The notes beneath the pieces are model-generated. The model was given only the letters and a program-made list of their open reading frames with translations. It was not told the origin of the DNA and made no database searches. This document shows, piece after piece, positions 39,006-50,148 of a DNA stretch of 64,000 bases. The DNA is from Isurus oxyrinchus (Eukaryota): NCBI GenBank assembly GCA_026770705.1, contig JANJGN010000301.1, forward strand, positions 496,001 to 560,000, in the 5' to 3' direction. A program made the position numbers and the translations under genes. Positions within the stretch are counted from its first letter, which is position 1. The number at the start of each line of letters is the position of its first letter.

Positions 39006-39559
39006 TATTGACACCATATTGAAGTCCCACAGAACCAGATAAGATCTGGGTGGAGATACCTCCTGGTGATTACCACCTATTGCCCTCCCTCAGCTGATGA
39101 AGCTGTACTCCATCATCTTTAGCACTGCGTGGAAGAAACACTGAGGGTAGCAAGGGCAACAAATATGCTGTGAATTTGCAAAATCAATTACCATTTGACA
39201 AGACCAAGAATGCCGGAGCTGGATGAGTCCTGAATGACGTATCTGACAGGATGGACCTGCCACAGATGGTTAGAGAGCCAACATGAGGGAAACCCTTACC
39301 TGATCTCCGGCCCACCACACTATTGATATAAATGTGATTGACCCCTGCACTGTCCTTGCGGAAACCCAGGCCGGTATTCACACTGAGCACATTCTCCATT
39401 GTGTTGTGCAGCACTGCCGCTGTGCTAAACGGGATACATTCAGAACAGATCTATCAGCTCAAAACTTAGCATCAACGAGATACTGTTGGTCATTAACAGC
39501 AGGATAGTTGCATTCAATCACACCCTGTAATCTCATGGACCAGAATATCCCTCACTCAA

Positions 39560-40250
39560 ACCTTAGTGTGCATATCCACAGATTCCTAAAGGTAGCAGAG
39601 CAGGTAGATGAGGTGGTTAAGAAGGCATATGGGTTACTTGCCTTTATTAGCTGAGGCATAAAACACAAGAACAGGGAGGTTATGCTGGAACTGTATAAAA
39701 CATTGGTTAGACTACAGCTGGAGCAATACATGCAGTTCTGGTCACCACAGTTCTAGGAAGTATGTGACTGCACTGGAGAGAGTGCAGAGGAGATTTACCT
39801 AGATGCTGTCTGGGCTGGAACATCTGAACTCTGAGGAAAGATTGGATAGGCTGGGCTGTTTTCCTTGGAGCAACGATGGTTGAGGGGCTGCTGAGAGGCA
39901 TAGGTAGGGTGGATAGGAAGGCACCTTTTCCATTAGTAGAGGGGTCAAAAACCAGAGAGCAGAGATTTTAGATAAGAGGTAGAAAGCTAAGAGGGGAGTT
40001 GAGGAGAATCTTTTTCACCCAGAGGGTGGTAGAAATTTGGAACTCACTGCCCGAAAGAGTGGTTGAGTCAGAAACTCTTGTAATATTTAAGAAAGATTTA
40101 AATGTTCACTTAAGCTGCCATAGCCTCCAGGGCTATGGGCCAAGCACGGTAAAATGGGATTAATGTAGTCAGATCTTTTTTTACCAGGGCGGAAATGATG
40201 GGCCGAATGGCCCCCATCTGTGCTGTAAACGTCAATGAGTCTATGAGTCT
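39560..40250 (+). mobile_element. CR1 LINE 3' end
   Basis: LELYKTLVRLQLE..., RLDRLGLF, FFTQRVV. Confidence 0.88.
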
Positions 40251-40254
40251 AATA

Positions 40255-41490
40255 TCCAGTCTAGGAACAATGAGGAATGCAGGCCAGCAGGTCAGAAGCA
40301 AGACCAGGCATACCTGAAAATGATGAACCATAGTGTAAAGATAGAGCGCTGTACATAATGGACAACAGATCAGGTCTGTCCCCTTGCAGCTCAATCAGTC
40401 TACTCTCAATCATCAGTAAAGTGACTGAAGGTGTCACCGACCTGCTCACCAAAGCTCAGACTGGATCCACCCGGATCAGCCAGCATCAAAGCTCATTGCA
40501 AACTTGGTCTGAACATGGACAAGAGAGCGAACTTCCAGACATGATGTATGAGTGCTTCAGTACTTGATGTGAAAGTAGCTACTAACTGAGTGTGGCATCA
40601 GGAAGCTTGGAAAGTGTCAGGTCAACGGGAATCAGGAGCAAGTCTCTCCACTGGCTGGAGTCACACCTAGCGCATATGAAGCTGTTGTGGTTGTTGGAGA
40701 CCAATCATCTCAGCACCAGTTCCAGGAGTCTCTCAGAGAAGTGTCGTTGGTCCAACCATCTTCAGCAGCTTGATCAATGACCTTCCCTTCATCACCGGGT
40801 CAGGAGTGGGGATGTTCACTCATATTTTCACAGAGTTCAGTTCCATTTATGACCTCTCAGATAATGAAACCATCCTTACTTATTGCTTCTCGAACTGGAC
40901 AAGTTTGCATTGATAAGTTGCAAGTGATATTAGCGGCACACAAGTGCCAGGCAATGACCAACTCCAACTATGAAGAAACGAAACATCTCCGCTTGATGTT
41001 CAAAAGACATAACCATCGTTGAAACCCACCATCAACGATGTGCAGGTGCCATTGAACAAAAACTGAACTGGACCAGCCGTATAAATACTGTGGCTACAAG
41101 AGTAGGTCAGAGGTTGGGAATCCTGTGACGAATAATTCACCTCCGGATTCCCCGAAGCCTTTCCACCATCTGCAAATCTGCAAGTCAGATACCTGTTAGA
41201 AATTGTTTACTTTCCTTGACGAATGTAGCTGCAGCAATACTCAAGAACCTCCACACCAACCAAGGGAAATCAGCCCCTTGATAAGCTCCTTATCCAGCAG
41301 TTAAACATTCACTCTCTTAGCCACCGATACACAGTGGCTGCAGTGTGTACCATCCACAAGATGCACTGCAGCAACTCGCCAAGGCCTCTTCAACAACACC
41401 TTCCATACCTGTGACCTCCACCTCCCAGAATAACAAGGGCAACAAGCATATGGGAACACAATGCCCTGCATCTGCCTACACATACCACTC
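40255..41490 (+). mobile_element. LINE (CR1/L2-clade) RT fragment
   Basis: ISLLSIISKV, WHQG, LHWLESHL motifs; partner of the shark SINE tail. Confidence 0.7.
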
Positions 41491-42224
41491 CGTAGGTGGG
41501 AAATTGGCATTTGGCGCCAAAACAAAACGGATATCTGAAATCTAATTCTGCTGACTGCACTGAAAATGAATATCAAGTACTGCGTAGCATATACGGCCGA
41601 TCTGATACCGTCCTTTCAGGCTACTGCCAGATACCGATTTCTAGCCTAACGTCTTTAGTTATCATATTATCTCTCCATCTCACAGAAACATGGAGTAATG
41701 CGACCATAATTTAAACAGAGGCATAGATAAAAGCAAAATGCTGCAAATGCTGGAAATCTGAAATAAAGACAGAAAATGCTGGACAAACTCAACAGGTTGG
41801 ACAGCATCTGTGGAAAGAGAAACAGAGTTAATGTTTCGAGTCCATATGCCTCTTCTTCAGAAACATAGCCTAGTGTCATAGTTACAATGACCACTATAAT
41901 GTAGACATAGTCAAGATTTAATATAACATAAACAGAGACAGGGCCTGGTGTAATATAAACAGAGAAAGAATCCAGTGCAATACAAACTGAGATGGCTTCC
42001 AGTGGAACATTAATGAGAAGGGTCATGAGGACTCGAAACATCAACTCTTTTCTTCTCCGCCGATGCTGCCAGACCTGCTGAGTTTTTCCAGGTTATTCTG
42101 TTTTTGTTTTGTTATTAATGAGATAGGGTCTATTTTAATACAAACAGAGGCCTGATCCAGCACAATAGAAATAATATAGTTCTCAGGGAATTAATAATCG
42201 AACCAGGATCCTGTATAACATGGG

Positions 42225-42720
42225 AGGGACGATCGTACAGTGGGAACGTCACTGGATCTTTAACCCAGAGATCCAAGCCTTTTCCCTGGGGATAGGGGTT
42301 TGAATCCCATTATGGCAGCATGTGGAATCCAAATTCGATTAATAAATCTGGAGTTGAAAGCTCGTCTCAATAATGGTGACCATGAAACTATAATCAATTA
42401 TCATAAATATCCACCTGGTTCACCGATGTCCTTTAGGTAAGGTAATCTGCCCTCCTTACCCAGTCAGGACTACATTTTTTGTTTGTTCATTCATGAGAAT
42501 GGGGGCGGCGCTGGCTAGGCCAGCATTTATTGCCCGTCCCTAAATGCCCCCTTGAGAACACCAGCTTGTTAGGCTGGGTTTTTACGACAATGGTTTCATG
42601 GTCATCATTAGATTTTTTGATTCAAATTTCACCACCTACCGTGGTGGGATTCAGACCCAGACCCCCAGCGATTTACTAGCCCAGTGAGAATAGCAGCACA
42701 TCACTGCCTCTCATACATAT
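42225..42720. mobile_element. Shark tRNA-derived SINE fragments (HE1-like)
   Basis: GGTTTGAATCCCA B-box; similar copies at 46110-46470 and 53495-54085. Confidence 0.6.
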
Positions 42721-43039
42721 AATTCCAGAGACACAACTTTGTGGAGCCCCATTCTCCAGTTATTTGTTTATTTGTCCACCACCATTTACAACTGGATGTG
42801 ACAGGACTGCAGAGGTAAATCTGATCGGTTTGAATTAGGAACTTCCAGACTGTGTGATATAAATATTGGTATTGACTGGTGCAGTATTAATTGAAACAGG
42901 GTACATTGAAATATAAAGACAGAGTGTTTGGTCTAACATAAAAATAAATGGAGTCCAATTTAAAAAGACAGAGACAGGGTCCCGTGCAGTATTAACTGAG
43001 TCAATGCCTGTTTTATAGAATGTGTCCATCAAGATTTCA

Positions 43040-43056
43040 TGTCCATCTGCTGGCCA
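43040..43056 (-). promoter_or_regulatory. CTCF-like motif TGGCCAGCAGATGGACA
   Basis: Near-consensus; same strand as the other two; lies 3' of a V-like relic (IRWYHEP..DYI, PGIG.RF at ~43140-43480, -). Confidence 0.45.
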
Positions 43057-43849
43057 AACTTTGCAATTGTAGCTACTGTGAAAATGTCGCTGTCAGGTTA
43101 GATCTTTGACATTATTGTATCAAGAATCCACTTCCCTAGATGTAATACCACATCGCCTTCTGCGGGAGGTGTCAAAATTTAACAAAATTCAACTAATTAC
43201 AGTTGAATGTGTTTGATTAATGCACGTTAAAGTCAGCACCAGAATAAAGCGGCCCAATTCCTGGTGATGTAACTTTGTTCATCTTGATCAAAGGGAGGGA
43301 TGTTGACCAGGGAGCTGTATAGAGTTGGCGGGAGCTTTAATATCCACCTCAACAAATATAGTCTTGGGAAGAGTTTATTGGTTCATGATACCACCTGATA
43401 GACAGTTAGGGTCATTTTCTTCAATAGTTAAGGGCTATGGAGCCTCCCAGGAAGTCAAGGTGACATCTTAAGTTGAAGCACAAGATGCCATTTTGGTCTG
43501 TGTGTGTATGAGGGAGATTGGGAGGGAGAGAAAGAGCGAGAAGCACATCACATTGTTTGCAACTGAAATTCACGAAGATTCTGGACAACATTCCATCTAT
43601 GAAAGGTCACAGACACACAATGGAAACAAACCCATTTCAGATGTGCTGATTGCTAAGGAGTTCAATCATTATGAGGCAGGCTCTGCCACAAGTGCTGCAC
43701 ATGAAGCTACAAAGTGTCGTTGTGGCTAAGTTTTTTTTCCCGGTGTTGGCCTCAATTTCCAAACCGCTTTAGCCGCTGGTCATCGTGGTGATTCATGCCA
43801 ATCCACAGGAGGTGTCGCCATTTTCCTCAGTTGTCAGTTAGTTACACTC

Positions 43850-44990
43850 AGTTGTGATAATCGATATTTAGGGCCTTCACTTTAAACAGCCTTGAAGCAG
43901 AGCTTTGGGCATCCCACTGGTTGTCTGTCTCCAGCTCCCTCACCAAACAGAAAATCCTTGTGTCTGTGACCATCTTCCATCTGCGAATGTTCACAAGCCA
44001 CAAAAATCACTTCTGTTTGATGAGTTCTTCAGCCTTAGGAGCTCTGCCTTTGAGAGTATCACTGCATTCGTGACTTTATCCAGCCAGTACATACCCATAA
44101 TGCGCAGCAGGTATTGAAGATGGAAATTGTGGAGCTTCTTTACTTGATAACGGTAAATCGCCCATGTTTCACAGCCATTCAACAAGGTGCTGAGTACACA
44201 AGCCTTAAAAGCCATCAGCTTGTTTCTAAGGGTCAGTTTGATGTTATTCCAGGGGCGTTTCATGAGTCAGGCAAAGGTGGCAGCTGCTTTCCCCATGTGG
44301 GTATCAGGTTCTTCATCAAGGAACAGGCTGCCTGCCACTGTGGAACCCAGGGAGCGGAATTTACTTCCATCCGTTTGTTATTTAGTGTGATCAATGACGG
44401 AAATGCAACACCTTTTCCCATGACCACAGTTTTCTCCATGTTTATAGGCAGGGAGAACAAGTTACAGGCTTGGGACAGTCAGTTCATCAGTCTTTGTGGA
44501 TAAGTTTCCGTTTTGATGACAGAATTATCAGCGTGGAGGAATTCTCTGATCAGGATTCAATGTGTTTTTGTCTTCGCTTTCTGTCTAAAAGATTGTGGAG
44601 CTTGCGGTCTGATCGAGTGTGTAAGTCGACTCCTTCCATATCGACAGGGAAGACAAAGATCAGCTGCATGAAAAAGGTGCCCAACAGAGTGGGAGTTGGA
44701 CACAAGCCTGTTTCACTCCATTCTTCACTCCGAATCTGTCGGAAGAAGAATCAACACTCTGTGCAGTGCAGCGCATGTTGTCATGGAAGGAGTGGATGAG
44801 ACTGGGGAGCTTTGGTGAACAGCCAATTTTCCCAAAAATCTTGTAGAGTCCTGCTCTGCTGACAGTATCTAGGGTATGGAGCAAATCATGTCCAGAGTTT
44901 ATCATCTGACACAAACATCACACTGTGCTTCAGCCTGAAACCAGATGATGTGCTTAAAGCATGACCCAAGAAATGGCCTTCTCCGTGACT
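43850..44990 (-). mobile_element. RTE-clade LINE fragment
   Basis: GVKQAC, KLTLRNKLMAFKACVLSTLLNGCETW, LRIMGMYWLDKVTN. Confidence 0.85.
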
Positions 44991-45134
44991 CTCTGAGTGA
45001 GATATGCCTGTAGATGTTGCAGTCTCACCTGTCGGCTTTGTTTTCAGATAGTGTGGTGATTTTTGTATCATTCACCTCCTGTGGAATGAATCTTATCTTT
45101 CAACAGAGAAGAAGGTCGTAAAGGCGGAGAAAGG

Positions 45135-45345
45135 CAAATAATTATAAACACCAACCTTTATCAATTCCCAAAGGTGAATAATTATATTCAAGAATTATCA
45201 TCAATTCGCAAAGATAAATAAGTATATTCACCAATTAGCATCAATTCACAACGATAAATAATTATATTCACCAATTACCATCAATTCACAAGACAAATAA
45301 TTAAGTTCAGAAATTATCATCCATTCACAAAGATTAATAATTGCA
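45135..45345. repeat. ~39-bp AT-rich minisatellite, about 5 copies
   Basis: AATAATTATATTCACCAATTA.CATCAATTCACAA units. Confidence 0.85.
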
Positions 45346-45529
45346 TGAACCAATCATTTTCAGCATTTTATTCCATTCAAATGTAATTGCGATTCATTTA
45401 ATATCATTAACATTGATTGAGATCGCATTGACCATTCTGTCAGCAATGAATTACATCTGTCCCAGAATTCAGTGGGAAATGGAATTAAATCAGACCGAGG
45501 TTAATGAGCAGCTACCCAGCAGCCTCTGC

Positions 45530-45910
45530 GCTTTATTGACAAGTAATCACCTCATCATCACACAGAAACTCCTGATATGTAACTGGAGTGTGTGAGGATT
45601 TGTAAAGTGATGGTATAAAGAAAACTACCTGGACCTGACTGTAAGTTAATGCGTCTCTCCAGTGAGTAATATATGTTACCTTCACTAATTTGGGTGAAGA
45701 TATGTTGAATGTTTTGTTGTACATGCAAGGACCACATATTTCAAATATTACAATCCTCCATCCTAAACCGAATTATGTACCCGCTTTCTGTCTGAAAGAT
45801 GATGATTTACCATCAGCAGGGAAGAATCATCAGTACTGCAGGGACATCTCCAGCCTTCTCTTGTGACTTTAGCTCGTTAGCCTGGGGATGGAATACATCC
45901 AGAAAATCTG
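45530..45910 (-). pseudogene. Decayed V-like relic(s)
   Basis: Acceptor GTCTCCAG; CSTDDSS..W*..YIIR; NKTFNISSPKL / NIYYSLER; then LQLHIRS..DDE..CQ; paralogous segments at 4285-4562 and 13573-13760. Confidence 0.4.
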
Positions 45911-47337
45911 GAGACACTGAAGGTATTAGACTCATAGAAATAAAATACTGAACCTGCTTCAAGATATTAAGTAGTCATGCACCAAGATGGGAAGGTAGAA
46001 GAGCATTTTTCAGGCGCGCCGATCCATACATCGGTCAACCCATTCATTGATTCCTTAATCAAAATATTCAGGCATCCAACTACCATTCATCCCTCCATTC
46101 TTTGGCAGATGGTTGTGTTGTATTAATGTCACTGGATAAGCAACAAAGACACGAATACAAATCCCACCATAGCAGCTGGTGGAATTTAAATTCAATAATA
46201 AATCTGGGATTGAAAGCTGGTCCAGTGAAGGAAACCGTGAAACCACCATCGATTGTGGAAAAAAACTCATCTGATTCACTAATGTCCTTCAGGAAAGGAA
46301 ATCTGCCACTGTACCTAGTCTGGCCTACATGTGACTCCAGATCCGCAGCAACATGATGGACTCTAACTGCCCTCTGAAATGGCCGAGCAAGGCATTCAGT
46401 TCAAAGGCAGTTAGAGACAGGCAACAAATGCTGGCCTTGCCAATGACTCCCACATCCCGTGAAAGAGTAAAGGGGCAAAAAAATCACACAAATGTATATG
46501 TTTGACTGTTAAAAACATGTGTCCTCTCTCTGAGTCCTCTCTAATAGTCTGTCTGTAATTCTTTCCATCCATCCATCAGACTTTTATGATGTGTTGGAGA
46601 GATCCTCCAATGAGCTATTGTTGCTAACAGGATGTCAGAGAAGCTGGATAACTTTTCTTCCCTGAGAGATGGAAACAGTTCACATAGGTTCACAACTTAA
46701 AAAATAAAACTGACTCCAGTGTTGTTGCTGGGTAGATTTGTTTATAAATAGGCCTTGTTGACAATGCTAAGGGTTTGAAGTTGGCTTGCAGCCAAGCGGC
46801 CACTTCTGAGGAAACAGATCTTTGATTAACTGCACAAACCCCCCAGATGCTTCCTGTAAACAACATCGGACATTCGAGCCTCCCTGACTGCAGCTGGCTG
46901 GCTTGCTTCCAAATACTGTGTGGGTTGGATTAGCCGGGATATGATTGAACAAAATGGTTTTAGCCATTCAAACAATAAATATTTCTGTGGCACACGAAAG
47001 GCACATTTTAAATGGTACTTCATTAAAGGAAATATTTGAATGAATGCCGTGTTCACTGTGAAATTAAACTCGATCAGAAAATATTAAATTCACCACATAT
47101 TACTTAATTTATATTATTTCTAAGTAAAGGGCATTCCAGTTATTAAAGCCGGTTTATTAAGAACTTCATGGAGTGCGAGAGAGCGATGTTGATGGTCTCA
47201 ATCCCCCAGTCTAATGAGCTAAGTAGAATGGAAAAAAATTAAAATAAATTAAATTAAAAGAACATCATAGAATTGTATTGAACCTGCAGGAATTCCTTGA
47301 ATATTCCTCCAGTTGTGCACCTCATTTAGCCTGTGGT

Positions 47338-47640
47338 GTCCCTTAAACCTCATTAGTACCGTGAACTGTACAGTTTACTTTGTGATGATTGCGATTATTT
47401 AACAGTCCCTCTCATAGCTGCCAATGAGTGGAGAAATGATAAGTTCGTGACCAGCTTCAGTGGAAGATAAAACATTTATTCTTGTGATATTGTGTAATAT
47501 GCCGCAAAGTCCTGATATCCTGTGTTCCCAATACCAGTGAATGGTAGACAGCGGGAGGCCAATAAAATTAGCTGCAATGATTTGGATGCTGAAGGATAAC
47601 TTTTCTGATCTCCGTGTCTGTTCTGATTCATTAACTTCTT
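47338..47640 (-). pseudogene. TCR-like V relic head-to-head with the IgM VH
   Basis: SIQI/CS...LSTIHWYWEHRISGLCGIL (47528-47542 = IHWYW); TAC AGT TCA CGG TAC TAA TGA GGT TTA AGG GAC resembles DSARYYCALRD. Confidence 0.55.
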
Positions 47641-47899
47641 TGTCAAAAGTTGATGTAAATTTTACGTTTCTCTGTAAACTTACTGTTGACTTATCAGGCA
47701 GGCGGGCTTCTTTTATCGCTAATTTTCACAGGACTGTCTTTGGAACTGGGCAGATCGAGAAATGCAAGGAGAGGCATTGTATAATGTGAGGAGATTCTTC
47801 TTATCTTCGGATCCAAATTGAACAGCGATAGCCACCTTGGCTGTAAATAGAATCACTTTGTTCATCCCCCGCATTTAGTTACAAAAATCAATAATAATT

Positions 47900-48300
47900 C
47901 CTATGACTGATGACGCTTAATTATTGTAGTGAGATATAGACCCGGGGTTGCTGCAAAACAGACTGACCTTTATTCCCTGATAATGTAATTTTTTTAGGCT
48001 CAACCCCGGGGGCAGTAGTGTAGAAATAAATGGACTTAATTTAGAATGGAATTAGATTTTTATTAATAGACGCTCAAATGCAATTTCGCCATTAGAACCA
48101 ATGGAGACATTACAATGAATCCATTCAGCCAAATATCCCGATACAGATAAAATTTCCACTTTTCACAATAACTTATTGTAAATATCGAGTCCATTCTGTT
48201 GGGGATTTGGAAGGTGGGGCATGGATCCAGTCGCCGCCTCCACCAGGGAATCAATAGGCGGCGCCTGGAAACCCGCCCCTTTCTGCCGGGTATTTAAATG
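47900..48300 (+). promoter_or_regulatory. IgM VH promoter region
   Basis: TATTTAAA 48291-48298, GC box CCCGCCCC 48272-48279, CRE half-site TGACG 47911-47915, imperfect octamer ATGCAATT 48078-48085. Confidence 0.6.
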
Positions 48301-48389
48301 CCACTCACTGGGGCCGGAATCCAACAGTCCGGGAGCTGGTTTGTTCACTGAGTTCTGGACAGAACCATTTTCCCCAAATGACCAAAACG

Positions 48390-48435
48390 ATGAGGTCGGC
48401 GATTTCTCTCAGTTTGTTGCTGACTTTCTTATCCC
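48390..48435 (+). CDS. IGHV: IgM VH leader exon (MRSAISLSLLLTFLS; in-frame upstream ATG at 48378)
   Basis: Hydrophobic leader, GTGAGT donor at 48436, phase 1. Confidence 0.93.
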
Positions 48436-48564
48436 GTGAGTAGTTTTTTATTGTCCAAGTCTCTCACTGTTACTGTCTCAGTGTTAGTCTCTCTCTGGAA
48501 TGTTACAGAGTCAGAAATCATTTCACCAGGATTAATCCTCGGGGTTTTTGATTTATTTTTACAG

Positions 48565-48869
48565 GTGTTCAGTCGGAGGTTGTGTTGACTCAGCCAGAGG
48601 CAGAGACCGGGCGTCCCGGAGGCTCCCTGAGACTGACCTGTAAAACCAGCGGCTTCAATCTTGGCAGCTACGGCATGTGTTGGGTCCGACAGGTTCCCGG
48701 ACAGGGGCTGGAGTGGCTGCTTTGGTACTATAGTTCATCCAGCAACAACTATGCCCCAGCAATTAAGAATCGATTCACTGCGTCCAAAGACACTTCAAGG
48801 AACATCTTCTCCTTGGACATGACGAGCCTGAAGAGTGAAGACACCGCCATCTATTACTGTACAAGAGAC
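48565..48869 (+). CDS. IGHV: Germline IgM VH exon
   Basis: TTTACAG acceptor; (R)[25 protein letters not shown]...[12 protein letters not shown]...[11 protein letters not shown], open frame. Confidence 0.98.
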
Positions 48870-48908
48870 CACAGCGAGAGGAACCAGGGCTGGACCCGAA
48901 CAAGAACA
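48870..48908 (+). other. VH 23-RSS
   Basis: CACAGCG - 23 bp - ACAAGAACA. Confidence 0.95.
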
Positions 48909-49278
48909 GATCGAGAGAAACTCAACAACTGCCATCGTAACCTGACGGTCAGTACTTGTTTTAAATGTAATATTAACTGTAATGATCAGAACCCGACAAC
49001 TAGTCGCTTCTGACCAAAGTAAAGCAGCAAATTTAACTATAAAACCTAACAAACCAATTGATATAATGGGCTGAGCTTTTGGCTGTGCTTACATTTACTG
49101 TTAATAGTTTCCACAATTACAGACATAGATATAATGTTCATTTGAATATGTCTGATACTTGGACGGGATCACTATTCATTGAGTTTTGTAAATTGCTGCA
49201 TAAATACTAAACTAGATCAGAAGTAAACGTCTATTTGAAGTAAATATTGCGAGGCAGCACTGAACAGAGAGTGGGTGC

Positions 49279-49358
49279 AGTTTTTGTGCGGGTGTATTTC
49301 ACTGTGATACTACAGGGGGTCACAGTGCTGTGCACAGCGACATCCTCTTACAAAAACT
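49279..49358 (+). other. D1 segment (coding 49307-49320) with 5' 12-RSS and 3' 22-RSS
   Basis: AGTTTTTGT-12-CACTGTG ATACTACAGGGGGT CACAGTG-22-ACAAAAACT. Confidence 0.95.
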
Positions 49359-49663
49359 TCAGAAGGAGTTTGTTCAAATTGGTGATCACTATCACAACAG
49401 GAAAAGTCAAAGAAAATGGGAGCTAAATAAAATAATGGGTATAAGTAATATTGGTTTGCAAAAATATATAAAAGTATTCCGCTTTGTGTTTACGGACACG
49501 CTAAATCTTCACAGAGGCTTTTAAAGACCTCCAGTCACATTTAAAATATAATGACCAGCACAGGCTGAAATACCTCACTGATTCACACTTAGGTGAGTCG
49601 GAATCAGGTTTTTGAGAGCGCAGTGAAATTAAATCTCTGTATTTACAGTTAACAGTCTGCCGC

Positions 49664-49732
49664 AGTATTTGACATGGTGTCTCTCACTGTGATATGCTGG
49701 ATGGCACAGCAGTTACTGTCAATACAAAAACC
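49664..49732 (+). other. D2 segment (coding 49692-49704) with 12/12 RSS
   Basis: AGTATTTGA-12-CACTGTG ATATGCTGGATGG CACAGCA-12-ACAAAAACC. Confidence 0.93.
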
Positions 49733-50061
49733 CCTCAGCACTCATTGAGTCTGCCTGGGTCAGTGCTCGCTTTTACAATCCTGCTATATTTACAATGAAG
49801 TATTATTTTTGTCCAGCACTGCCCAAAAAACCTGGTTTAAGATGGAAAAGCTGTGATAATTATCCATTCATCAATTGGTGAATTCAATAACATGTTCATG
49901 TGTTATTCTGTGAATTATAAAACTCGAGGATCATTGATGAGTAGCTACAGATATCTACAAACGCAAATATAATTTCGCGAAGATTCATCGTGACCTCCCT
50001 TTGCCTCTGACTTAGGAATATTTAAAATAATGGTGGATTTCTGTCTTTTTGGTGCAGGCAC

Positions 50062-50148
50062 AGTTATTGTATGGCACAGCCCAGGGAATGTAACACTGTG
50101 ACGGGATGGACTACTGGGGACAAGGGACCATGGTGACGGTGACTGCAG
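50062..50148 (+). CDS. IGHJ: JH segment (coding 50101-50148) with 23-RSS
   Basis: AGTTATTGT-23-CACTGTG; GMDYWGQGTMVTVTA; GTAAG donor. Confidence 0.97.

Noticed and set aside
45455-47790. Plus-strand NLR/LRR-like phrases (SSLCALLTSN, PDCKLMRL, NRSL..NNIG) here and at 4380-4510 and 9170-9500
   Set aside because: Paralogous blocks gave LRR readings on inconsistent strands; V-domain readings explain the same DNA better
49333-49358. Embedded CACAGCG in the D1 3' spacer
   Set aside because: Only 10 bp from the nonamer, unlikely to work as a 12-RSS
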